A DNA stretch of 64,000 nt from Desulfuromonadales bacterium (GTDB lineage Bacteria > Desulfobacterota > Desulfuromonadia > Desulfuromonadales > JAHYIW01), in NCBI GenBank assembly GCA_029210745.1, contig JARGFI010000008.1, positions 4,187-68,186 of the forward strand, written 5' to 3'. The stretch's first letter is position 1; every line of letters starts with the position of its first letter. Both the position numbers and the translations under genes were made by a program. Below are positions 55,604 through 64,000 of the stretch, in pieces. A model generated the notes under the pieces. It worked only from the letters and a program-made list of their open reading frames with translations, made no database searches and was not told where the DNA came from.

Positions 55604-55911
55604 ACGAGCGACAAGTATTCGGTCTTGCCGAACGCCACTATGCCGACATGGTGCGGATCTTTCGCAGTTATCCGCAGATTAAAGAAGTGCTGGTCTTCGG
55701 GTCGCGTGCCAAAGGGACGGACAAACCATGGTCTGACTTCGACCTCGCTGTTGTTGCTCCGGAGTTGAGTGACGGTGATTTTTCACAACTCTGGAACGAG
55801 GTTGATGCGTTGCCGCTGGTGTTCAAAATTGATTTTCTCCACTGGGATCGGCTGCCACACGATCGGCTCAGGGAAAAGATCAGGGCCGAAGGGAAACGGT
55901 TTTATCCGTAA
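55588..55911 (+). CDS. Minimal nucleotidyltransferase (MNT) domain protein (putative antitoxin)
   Basis: VFGSRAKG...SDFDLAV (GS-x-x-x-G plus DxD). 16-nt overlap with the HEPN gene. Confidence 0.85.
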   Translation: MPDMVNERQVFGLAERHYADMVRIFRSYPQIKEVLVFGSRAKGTDKPWSDFDLAVVAPELSDGDFSQLWNEVDALPLVFKIDFLHWDRLPHDRLREKIRAEGKRFYP

Positions 55912-55984
55912 CGGCAGGATCGTTTTGTTTCATGCGCTCCGTGCCCTGCGTAGTGAAAACACCTCTTGTTTTGGAATAAACATC

Positions 55985-57259
55985 ATGAACTCTCCCACTA
56001 TCGCCGTTCTCACCATCGGCGACGAACTCCTCAATGGTGAGCTCGCTGATACCAACACCCAACGGATCGCCCGCCAGCTCGGCGATGTCGGGTTGTCACT
56101 GCGTGAAGTGGCGACGGTGCCTGACGACGAGGATGCCATCGCTGCGGCACTGCTGCGCCTGACGGCAGGTTACGATGCCCTGATTGTCACCGGCGGGCTC
56201 GGCCCGACGGCTGATGATCTGACCGCGCGGGCGGCGGCAAACGCTTTCGAGCGGCCGCTGACCCTGAACGATGATGCGTTGCGCCGGGTGCGCGACTTTT
56301 TTGTGCGTCGCGAACGACCGATGCATCCGCGCAACGAAAAGCAGGCACTGCTGCCGCGCAAGAGTGAGATTATCCCGAACCCGACCGGCACTGCACCGGG
56401 TTTTTGGTTGCAGCATAACGGGTGTTGTTGTTTCTTTCTCCCCGGCGTTCCGTCGGAAATGACGGTGATGCTGACAGCGTCGGTCCTGCCGGTGATTGAA
56501 GACGCCGTTGGTCTGCCTCTGCTGCTTAAACGGTTGCACATCTTCGGGCTCCCTGAGCCGGAGGTTGAAGAACGCCTTGATGCTCTGTCGTTGCCAGCGT
56601 CGGTGCGGGTGGCGTTCGGCGTTGAATATCCGCTGGTGACGATCAAGTTGAAGGCTGATGGAGCGCAGGCTGATGCGCTGGTTGCCGCCGCAGCGACGCT
56701 CCGCGTGGCGTTCGGTGAGTATCTTGTCGCTGTCGATGATGAGACCCTCCCCGGGGTGGTGGGCAAGGCGCTGGTCGCTGCCGAAAAAACTTTGGCGCTG
56801 GCGGAATCATGCACGGGGGGCTTGATCGCCAAACTGCTGACCGATCTGCCCGGCGCGTCAGCTTTTTTGGAACGCGGTGCGGTAACCTACGCCAATGCGG
56901 CCAAACATCATTGGCTGGGGGTTTCGCAACGCATCCTGGAGGGTGAAGGCGCGGTCAGCGAAGCGTGCGCGCGGGACATGGCACATGGCATTCGCCAGCA
57001 GGCGCGGACCGATCTGGGCTTGGCGGTGACCGGTATCGCCGGACCGGATGGCGGGACGGACGGGAAACCGGTCGGCACCGTTTTTATTGCCCTGGCAACG
57101 GCTGAGGGGGAGACGGTGCGACGTTACCTGTTTCATGGCGATCGCGCGCAGGTGCGGTTGATGACGGCGATGATGGCGCTCGAATGGCTGCGACGTTATC
57201 TGTCACAGTCGGCGACCATAATTGGCGCAGCACAAACGGACCGGATTGATCAGGGGTGA
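55985..57259 (+). CDS. cinA: Competence/damage-inducible protein CinA (MoCF-binding + PncC deamidase domains)
   Basis: IAVLTIGDELLNGELADTN, VTGGLGPTADDLT and ESCTGGL....TDLPGAS. Confidence 0.9.
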   Translation: MNSPTIAVLTIGDELLNGELADTNTQRIARQLGDVGLSLREVATVPDDEDAIAAALLRLTAGYDALIVTGGLGPTADDLTARAAANAFERPLTLNDDALRRVRDFFVRRERPMHPRNEKQALLPRKSEIIPNPTGTAPGFWLQHNGCCCFFLPGVPSEMTVMLTASVLPVIEDAVGLPLLLKRLHIFGLPEPEVEERLDALSLPASVRVAFGVEYPLVTIKLKADGAQADALVAAAATLRVAFGEYLVAVDDETLPGVVGKALVAAEKTLALAESCTGGLIAKLLTDLPGASAFLERGAVTYANAAKHHWLGVSQRILEGEGAVSEACARDMAHGIRQQARTDLGLAVTGIAGPDGGTDGKPVGTVFIALATAEGETVRRYLFHGDRAQVRLMTAMMALEWLRRYLSQSATIIGAAQTDRIDQG

Positions 57260-57846
57260 GCATCGCCGCAGCGGATCGTGCAGACGTAACACTGGTCAGG
57301 AGTTTTGTCGCGCTGCCGGTGCCGGAGCACGTCCGTAACGCACTTGCGGATATGCAGCGACAACTGGCGGGGCATTTCCCGCAGGCACGCTGGACGCGCC
57401 CGGAAACCTTGCACCTGACCTTATGCTTTTTCGGCGATCAACCGGAAGAAGCACTTGATAAAATAGCCGCAATCATGCTATCGGTAAGTGCCCGGTTCGC
57501 CCCGTTCGTGGTGCGTTCGACCGGAATCGGGGCCTTTCCGCGCAAGCGGTGGGCACGGGGGTTCTGGCTCGGGCTGGAGGCGTCACCAACGCTGCTTGAC
57601 TTGCAGCGTACGTTGCTGGCCGGGTGGCGGCAAGCCGGGCTCGTCACCGCCTCCGGCACCTTCTCTCCGCACCTGACCCTGGGCCGGTTGCGTCATCCGC
57701 AACCGGTGGCCGCAGAGTTGTTCGCTTCATCCGCAAGCACTGCCGTGGTGAGTTGGCAGGTGAAGCGGCTGGTGTTATACGAAAGTCGATTGCAAACAAC
57801 CGGCGCGGAACATCTTTCGCGCCGGGTCGCGTTGCTTGGCGGTTAA
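57256..57846 (+). CDS. thpR: RNA 2',3'-cyclic phosphodiesterase ThpR (LigT, 2H family)
   Basis: Two H-x-T-x motifs (HLTLCF and HLTLGR). The GTG start overlaps the cinA stop. Confidence 0.85.
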   Translation: MSIAAADRADVTLVRSFVALPVPEHVRNALADMQRQLAGHFPQARWTRPETLHLTLCFFGDQPEEALDKIAAIMLSVSARFAPFVVRSTGIGAFPRKRWARGFWLGLEASPTLLDLQRTLLAGWRQAGLVTASGTFSPHLTLGRLRHPQPVAAELFASSASTAVVSWQVKRLVLYESRLQTTGAEHLSRRVALLGG

Positions 57847-57917
57847 CGGGGGGCATCCGCAGAGCAGGCACCTGCATCGAACAGTTTTTTTTCTTCCCCT
57901 GTGGAGGTTAGTGGAAA

Positions 57918-58943
57918 ATGAGTGATCAGAATCGGGATCGGGCCATTGATCTGGCGATGTCGCAGATTGAAAAGCAGTTTGGTAAAGGCAGTATTATGCG
58001 CTTGGGCGAAGGCCATGTCGTGCCGGATATCCAGGTTATTTCAACCGGAGCACTGAGCCTCGACCTGGCATTGGGGGTTGGCGGCGTGCCGCGCGGGCGG
58101 ATCATCGAAATCTACGGCCCTGAATCGTCCGGAAAAACAACGCTGGCGTTGCATATCGTCGCCGAGGCGCAAAAGAAGGGGGGGATTGCCGCCTTTGTCG
58201 ATGCCGAACACGCGCTCGATATCGGTTATGCCAAACGTCTTGGCGTGAGGACCGACGATCTGCTCGTTTCGCAACCCGATACCGGTGAGCAGGCGCTGGA
58301 AATTACCGAAACCCTGATTCGCAGCGGGGCGATCGACGTGCTGGTCGTCGATTCGGTCGCCGCGCTGGTTCCCCGTGCCGAAATTGAAGGCGAAATGGGA
58401 GATTCACACATGGGGTTACAGGCGAGGTTGATGTCGCAGGCGCTGCGCAAACTGACCGGAACGATCAGCAAGTCGAACTGTAGCCTGATTTTCATCAATC
58501 AGATTCGCATGAAAATTGGCGTGATGTTCGGTAACCCCGAGACCACAACCGGCGGCAATGCACTCAAATTCTATGCGTCGGTGCGCATGGATATTCGCCG
58601 CATCGCTGCGCTCAAGCAAGGGCAGGACGTGGTTGGCGGACGGACGCGGGTTAAGATCGTCAAAAACAAAGTTGCGCCGCCGTTCAAGGAAGCGGAATTC
58701 GACATCATGTACGGTACCGGCATCTCCCGTGAGGGGGATATGCTCGATATCGGCGTCGAACAGGGGATCGTTGAAAAGAGCGGGGCCTGGTTTTCCTTTG
58801 ACGGCGACCGGATCGGCCAGGGGCGCGAAAACTCCAAACAGTTTCTGCTCGAAAACCCCGCCATTGCTACGGCTATTGAACAGAAAATTATCGCCAAACT
58901 CAGTCTCGTGCCAGTAGAGCCAAGTGACGAGGGAGCAACTTGA
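57918..58943 (+). CDS. recA: Recombinase RecA
   Basis: [27 protein letters not shown] and [33 protein letters not shown]. Confidence 0.97.
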   Translation: MSDQNRDRAIDLAMSQIEKQFGKGSIMRLGEGHVVPDIQVISTGALSLDLALGVGGVPRGRIIEIYGPESSGKTTLALHIVAEAQKKGGIAAFVDAEHALDIGYAKRLGVRTDDLLVSQPDTGEQALEITETLIRSGAIDVLVVDSVAALVPRAEIEGEMGDSHMGLQARLMSQALRKLTGTISKSNCSLIFINQIRMKIGVMFGNPETTTGGNALKFYASVRMDIRRIAALKQGQDVVGGRTRVKIVKNKVAPPFKEAEFDIMYGTGISREGDMLDIGVEQGIVEKSGAWFSFDGDRIGQGRENSKQFLLENPAIATAIEQKIIAKLSLVPVEPSDEGAT

Positions 58944-60091
58944 TGGAACTGAACGATATTCTGGGGATTGCACTTAAATCCCGCGCCTCCGATATCCACC
59001 TGAAAGCCGGTCTGCCACCGGTGTACCGGATTGACGGCGCCTTGCGGCCATTGCCGAAAGCTCCGCGTCTCGATGGGACGCAGATGATGAAGATGGCTGA
59101 CCAGATCATGAACGACAAGCAGCGGATGCTGTTTCAGGAAATTCACGAGGTCGATCTGGCCTACGGGGTTCCCGGTCTCGGGCGTTTTCGCGCCAACGTC
59201 TTTTCGCAGCGGGGTACGGTATCGATGGTTTTCCGCGCGATTCCATTCGATATCCTCGGTGTTGATGATCTGAACCTGCCGCCGGTGATCAAAAAAATCG
59301 CCAACGAGCAGCGTGGCCTGATTCTGGTCACCGGAGCGACCGGTGCCGGAAAGTCAACCACCCTGGCGGCGATTATCGATTATATCAATGCCAACCGCAC
59401 CTCGCATATTGTGACCATTGAAGATCCGATCGAATACTTGCATCGTGACAAAAAAAGTATTATTAATCAGCGCGAACTCGGGATCGATACGGAAAGTTAT
59501 GCCGGGGCACTCAGAAGCGCTTTGCGTCAGGATCCAGACGTTATTCTGGTCGGCGAGATGCGTGATATGGAGACGATTGAAACCGCGATGCACGCCGCTG
59601 AAACCGGGCATCTGGTCCTGTCGACACTGCACACGATCGATGCCACCGAAACGATCAACCGGATCGTTTCAGTCTTTCCGCCGCACCATCAGCAGCAGAT
59701 TCGTGGCGAGATTGCCGGGGTCATTCGCGGCATTATCTCCCAACGACTGGTACCGCGCGCCGACGGCAAGGGACGGGTGCCGGCCGTCGAAGTTATGATT
59801 TCGACCGCGCGCACCCGGGAGCTGATCGAGAGCAAGGAAAGAACCCGTCAGATCAAGGATGCCATGCAGCAAGGCTACGAGACCTACGGGATGCAAACCT
59901 TCGATCAGTCGCTGCTGTTGCTGTTCAAACGGCAATTCATCACCTTCGAAGAGGCGTTGCGGCAGAGTTCCAACCCGGATGATTTCAAGCTGAAAGTTTC
60001 CGGTATTTCGTCGACTTCCGACCAGTCGTGGGATGCGTTTGAGGGGGAAAAGGCGGACGATGATGGCAGCGCAACGGTCGAGCGCTTCTGA
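58943..60091 (+). CDS. pilT: PilT-family type IV pilus retraction ATPase
   Basis: [42 protein letters not shown] and [10 protein letters not shown]. The start overlaps the recA stop (TGATG). Confidence 0.9.
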   Translation: MELNDILGIALKSRASDIHLKAGLPPVYRIDGALRPLPKAPRLDGTQMMKMADQIMNDKQRMLFQEIHEVDLAYGVPGLGRFRANVFSQRGTVSMVFRAIPFDILGVDDLNLPPVIKKIANEQRGLILVTGATGAGKSTTLAAIIDYINANRTSHIVTIEDPIEYLHRDKKSIINQRELGIDTESYAGALRSALRQDPDVILVGEMRDMETIETAMHAAETGHLVLSTLHTIDATETINRIVSVFPPHHQQQIRGEIAGVIRGIISQRLVPRADGKGRVPAVEVMISTARTRELIESKERTRQIKDAMQQGYETYGMQTFDQSLLLLFKRQFITFEEALRQSSNPDDFKLKVSGISSTSDQSWDAFEGEKADDDGSATVERF

Positions 60092-60533
60092 TGCCCTGAG
60101 CACCGCGTTACGCCTGCTGACCGTGCGCGATCGCAGTGAGTCGGAGTTGCTCCGGCGGCTGCAAGAGAAGCAGTTTCCCGACGATGAGATCGCGGCGGCG
60201 CTGGAGCGTTGTCGCGATTTCGGTTATCTTGACGACCGTCGTTTCGCCCTGAACCGGGCGCGGATGCTGCTGCGCGAGGGACGAGCGGTCGGTCGTCGGC
60301 TGGGGTGGGAGTTGCGACGTGGCGGGGTGGCGGACGACTTGATTGATCTGGCCATGACCACCGCCACTGCTGAGTATCCCCCGCTTGAGGTCCTTCGCGA
60401 GCAGCTTGAACGGCGTTATCCACATTATGACCACCACCTTGCTGATAACCGTGAGCGGCGGCGGGTGATCCAGTTTTTTCAACGCCGGGGGTTTGCTCTC
60501 GGTGATATTTTGTCGGTACTGCAAAAGGGGTAG
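60060..60533 (+). CDS. recX: RecA regulator RecX
   Basis: [16 protein letters not shown] and GYLDDRRFA repeats. It overlaps the pilT 3' end. Confidence 0.85.
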   Translation: MMAAQRSSASDALSTALRLLTVRDRSESELLRRLQEKQFPDDEIAAALERCRDFGYLDDRRFALNRARMLLREGRAVGRRLGWELRRGGVADDLIDLAMTTATAEYPPLEVLREQLERRYPHYDHHLADNRERRRVIQFFQRRGFALGDILSVLQKG

Positions 60534-60540
60534 ATGGACG

Positions 60541-63204
60541 ATGACAACCGCCACCACAAAGATGACTGCCAAGGAAATCCGTCAGCGCTTTCTCGATTAT
60601 TTCTCCCGGCACGGGCACACCGTCGTCGAGTCTTCGTCGCTGATTCCGCATAACGATCCGACCTTGCTCTTTACCAACGCGGGGATGAACCAGTTCAAGG
60701 ACTGTTTTCTCGGTCAGGAAAAGCGCGATTATGTGCGTGCCGTGTCATCACAAAAATGTGTTCGCGCCGGTGGCAAGCATAACGATCTGGAGAATGTCGG
60801 GCGGACCGCCCGTCATCATACCTTCTTTGAAATGCTCGGTAATTTTTCTTTCGGGGATTACTTCAAAAAAGAAGCTATCGCCTACGCCTGGGAATTTCTC
60901 ACCGTTGATCTCGGTCTTGATAAAAATCGTCTCTACGTGACCGTCTATACCGATGATGACGAGGCTGCCGATATCTGGCACACGCAGGAAGGGGTTCCGC
61001 GCGAGCGCATCTTCCGCTTTGAGGATGATAACTTCTGGGCCATGGGGGATACCGGGCCGTGCGGACCATGCAGCGAGATTTTCTGGGACAATGGCCCTGA
61101 AATGGCGTGCGCTGATCCGCAATGCAATGTCGGCTGCGATTGTGACCGTTACATGGAGATCTGGAACAATGTTTTCATGCAGTTCAATCGCCAGGCGGAC
61201 GGCACCCTGGAACCGTTGCCGAACCCGGCGGTCGACACCGGGATGGGGCTGGAGCGGATCACCACCGTCATGCAGGGCGTGCAGTCGAACTACGACACGG
61301 ATCTGTTGCAGGGGATCATCCGCCATATCGTCAGGCTGGTTGGCAAAAGCTACGGTGACAACGACAAAGACGATGTCTCGTTGCGGGTCATTGCCGATCA
61401 CATCCGCGCGATGACCTTTTTGATCGCCGACGGGGCGCTGCCAAGCAACGAAGGGCGTGGCTACGTTTTGCGGCGCATCATGCGTCGGGCGGCGCGTCAT
61501 GCCAAGATGCTTGGTGCTGCTGATCCGGTCCTCTATCAGGTGGTCGATGCGGTCAAGGAGCTGATGGGGGAAGCCTATCCCGAGCTGATTGCGCGCGAAA
61601 GTTTTATTAAAAAAGTGATTCGCGCCGAAGAAGAGCGCTTCATGGAGACGCTCGATAATGGGCTGCGGATTCTGCACGAAGAAGTCGAGAAGCTCAAGCG
61701 CACTGGCGAGGCGCAGATCCCCGGCCCGGTGCTCTTTAAACTCTACGACACCTATGGTTTCCCGACCGATCTGACGGCTGATATTGTGCGCCAGGAAGGG
61801 CTCGGCATCGACGCCGCGGGGTTTGCAAGCTGCATGGCCGAGCAACGCGCCAAAGCTCGGGAAAACTGGAAAGGTTCGGGCGAAGAGGCGGTCTCGGCGA
61901 TCTATCACCAACTCCACGAAGCGGGGATCAGCAGCGAATTTGTCGGCTATCGCGAGCTGACCGGGTTTGGTAATGTGCTGGCGATTCTCAAGGATGGCCA
62001 GCAGGTCAGTGGGGCGGAAGAGGGTGACCGGGTTGAAATTGTCACCTCACTGACCCCCTTTTATGGTGAGTCCGGCGGACAGACCGGTGATCGAGGGACG
62101 CTGGCCACGGAACGCGGCGAGGTGCGGATTGACACGACCCACCGTCCGCTCCCCGAGCTGATTATCCACGTTGGTGAAATCGTTTCCGGTTCTGTGCAGC
62201 AGGGCGAAAGTGCCGAGCTTGCCGTTGACCGCGAGGTACGCCAGGCAACCTGCCTCAATCACACCGCGACCCACATACTCCAGGCGGTGCTGGTCAATGT
62301 TCTGGGGGACCATGTCAAACAGGCCGGTTCCCTGGTTACGCCGGAACGGTTGCGTTTCGATTTTACCCACTTTTCTGCCATGACCCCGGCAGAAATTGCT
62401 CAGGTCGAACAGGAGGTTAACCGCCGCATTCGTGAAAACGCCGCTGTTGACGTGCGTGAAATGTCGCAGGAAGACGCGCTGGCCGCCGGAGCGACGGCGC
62501 TCTTTGGTGAAAAATACGGGGATAGTGTCCGGGTGGTGCGCACCGGTGCTTTCAGTATGGAACTCTGTGGCGGCACACATACGTCCGCTGCCGGAGATAT
62601 CGGCCTGTTCCGCATTGTCCAGGAAACCGGGATTGCCGCCGGAGTACGGCGGATCGAAGCGTTGACCGGTGGCGCTGCTCTTGACTATGTCAATCGTCGC
62701 GACGCAATGTTGCGCGACGTCGCCGCACTGGTCAAGAGTGATGTCGGACAGCTGGAATCGCGTTTACGCAAGATGCTGGAGCATCAGAAAGAGCTGGAGC
62801 GCGATATCGACCATCTGCAGACGCAACTCAATGTCGGAAAATCGGCGGAACTGCTGGAGCAGATGCAGGATGTCGCCGGGATCAAGGTGCTGGCGGTCAA
62901 GGTCGATGAGATGGACGGCAAGGCGTTGCGGGAGTTCTCCGACCGGCTGCGTGAACGGGTTCCCTCGGGGGTCATCGTCGTTGGTTGCGTCTTTGCGGGG
63001 AAGGTGAATCTGCTTGTCGCGGTGAGCAAAGATCTGGTCGGGCCGCTTCACGCCGGCAATCTGATCAAGGAACTCGCCGCACTGGTCGGTGGCAAGGGGG
63101 GTGGGCGCCCCGACCTGGCCCAGGCGGGGGGGAGTGAGCCGGATAAATTACCGGCAGCGCTCGCGGCAGTGACGCAGCTGGTTGAGGGTTTAGTGAAGGG
63201 CTGA
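60541..63204 (+). CDS. alaS: Alanine--tRNA ligase
   Basis: [24 protein letters not shown], the editing-domain HTATH/CGGTH motifs and a C-terminal DHHA1 [15 protein letters not shown]. Confidence 0.95.
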   Translation: MTTATTKMTAKEIRQRFLDYFSRHGHTVVESSSLIPHNDPTLLFTNAGMNQFKDCFLGQEKRDYVRAVSSQKCVRAGGKHNDLENVGRTARHHTFFEMLGNFSFGDYFKKEAIAYAWEFLTVDLGLDKNRLYVTVYTDDDEAADIWHTQEGVPRERIFRFEDDNFWAMGDTGPCGPCSEIFWDNGPEMACADPQCNVGCDCDRYMEIWNNVFMQFNRQADGTLEPLPNPAVDTGMGLERITTVMQGVQSNYDTDLLQGIIRHIVRLVGKSYGDNDKDDVSLRVIADHIRAMTFLIADGALPSNEGRGYVLRRIMRRAARHAKMLGAADPVLYQVVDAVKELMGEAYPELIARESFIKKVIRAEEERFMETLDNGLRILHEEVEKLKRTGEAQIPGPVLFKLYDTYGFPTDLTADIVRQEGLGIDAAGFASCMAEQRAKARENWKGSGEEAVSAIYHQLHEAGISSEFVGYRELTGFGNVLAILKDGQQVSGAEEGDRVEIVTSLTPFYGESGGQTGDRGTLATERGEVRIDTTHRPLPELIIHVGEIVSGSVQQGESAELAVDREVRQATCLNHTATHILQAVLVNVLGDHVKQAGSLVTPERLRFDFTHFSAMTPAEIAQVEQEVNRRIRENAAVDVREMSQEDALAAGATALFGEKYGDSVRVVRTGAFSMELCGGTHTSAAGDIGLFRIVQETGIAAGVRRIEALTGGAALDYVNRRDAMLRDVAALVKSDVGQLESRLRKMLEHQKELERDIDHLQTQLNVGKSAELLEQMQDVAGIKVLAVKVDEMDGKALREFSDRLRERVPSGVIVVGCVFAGKVNLLVAVSKDLVGPLHAGNLIKELAALVGGKGGGRPDLAQAGGSEPDKLPAALAAVTQLVEGLVKG

Positions 63205-63216
63205 TGCTCTGTCATA

Positions 63217-63258
63217 ACGGGGGTAGCGCCGTGAGAACTCCCTCCCGGCGCCCCCCGT
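63217..63258. terminator. Hairpin between convergent alaS and clpB
   Basis: acggggg..gcgccg pairs with cggcgc.cccccgt, with a 14-nt loop and no clear U-run. Confidence 0.3.
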
Positions 63259-63283
63259 CTTCAGCGCGGAACTCCTGCTCGGA

Positions 63284-64000
63284 TTACTGACGCTCTGTAA
63301 CAATTCCCAATTTTCCGTTTTTGACTTCGACAATGATCTCCGCACCGTCGGCAACCTCGCCGCTGATAAGTTTGCGACCGATGGCCGTTTCCAGGTTATG
63401 TTGCAAATACCGTTTCAACGGCCTGGCTCCGTAGACCGGATCGTAGGCGGCATCAGCGATGAAGAGCTTGGCCGCGTCACTGATGGTGAGAGCGATGTTG
63501 CGCTCGGTGAGACGCGCACGCAGTTCGTCGATCAGCAGTTCGATGATCGCGGCGATCTCGTCCTTGTGCAGCGGCTTGAAGAGCACCGTGTCATCGACCC
63601 GGTTGAGAAATTCAGGGCGGAAATGCCGTCGTAACTCAGCCATCACCGCGGTGCGCGCGTCGTCAGATATCTCTCCCTGGGCATTGATCCCCTCCAGCAG
63701 AAACCCCGAGCCGATGTTGCTGGTCATGATGATCACGGTGTTCTTGAAATCGACGGTGCGTCCCTGTGAATCGGTGACGCGACCGTCATCGAGAATCTGC
63801 AACAGGGTATTAAAGACATCGGGATGCGCTTTTTCAATCTCGTCAAAGAGGATGACGCTGTACGGTTTGCGGCGCACCGCTTCGGTGAGTTGCCCCCCCT
63901 CGTCATAACCGATATACCCCGGCGGAGCACCGATCAGGCGGCTGACGCTGTGACGTTCCATATATTCCGACATGTCGATCCGCACCATGTTTTCCGCGCT
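63284..64000 (-). CDS. clpB: Chaperone ClpB, C-terminal part (5' end beyond the window)
   Basis: [60 protein letters not shown] is near-identical to the ClpB NBD2/sensor region. The frame stays open to the window edge. Confidence 0.93.
   Translation of the reverse strand, partial: SAENMVRIDMSEYMERHSVSRLIGAPPGYIGYDEGGQLTEAVRRKPYSVILFDEIEKAHPDVFNTLLQILDDGRVTDSQGRTVDFKNTVIIMTSNIGSGFLLEGINAQGEISDDARTAVMAELRRHFRPEFLNRVDDTVLFKPLHKDEIAAIIELLIDELRARLTERNIALTISDAAKLFIADAAYDPVYGARPLKRYLQHNLETAIGRKLISGEVADGAEIIVEVKNGKLGIVTERQ

Noticed and set aside
57847-57917. LexA/SOS box upstream of recA (and in 53698-53810 upstream of dinD)
   Set aside because: Neither CTGT-N8-ACAG nor GGTT-N2-C-N4-G-N3-ACC is present. 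Absence is noted but it supports no claim.

Overview
GC-rich chromosomal window. Gene content and synteny (recA-pilT-recX-alaS, pgpA-cinA-thpR, HD-GYP and HEAT proteins, 'caccacgaag'-type REP hairpins) suggest a Desulfuromonadales/Geobacter-like deltaproteobacterium; this is inference only, since no search was possible. All calls rest on the ORF track plus my reading of translated motifs and of the DNA. Most of the window is housekeeping: proVWX plus an outer-membrane barrel gene, srkA, an HD-GYP pair, gdhA, pepN with an ABC-2 exporter, asnS, plsY, a two-component system, ssb, plsC, RNase J, uppP, ftsK, larBC, pgpA, cinA, thpR, recA, pilT, recX, alaS and a clpB fragment. There are three accessory patches. 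(1) 26.6-37.3 kb carries a complete C-P lyase phosphonate operon, phnF-DCE-GHIJKLMNP. It is followed at 37.3-38.4 kb by decayed mobile/defence relics: a frameshifted ORF6N gene, an internally deleted type I-F cas1 with no CRISPR array, and a C/A-rich G-poor tract. (2) 50.8-54.7 kb carries an MmeI-family Type IIL restriction-modification gene with an intact D-x9-ExK nuclease motif, plus a DinD homolog, wedged between larC and pgpA. The RM ORF contains two in-frame inverted REP hairpins that sit at the edge of a strongly AT-rich cassette in the presumed target-recognition region. (3) 55.2-55.9 kb carries a HEPN/MNT toxin-antitoxin pair between pgpA and cinA. Other points worth a second look are an orphan terminator/candidate sRNA at 1.3-1.4 kb, a ~300-nt leader upstream of proV, an ATGCAT-palindrome array between the promoter and RBS of gdhA, a truncated PEP-utilising-enzyme gene followed by REP elements, and a Cys-rich insertion in SlyD. 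I found no tRNA, rRNA or CRISPR array. I did not find an unambiguous new multi-gene system. The best candidates are the RM-DinD wedge, with its mosaic specificity region, and its position inside a RecA-modulator neighbourhood.
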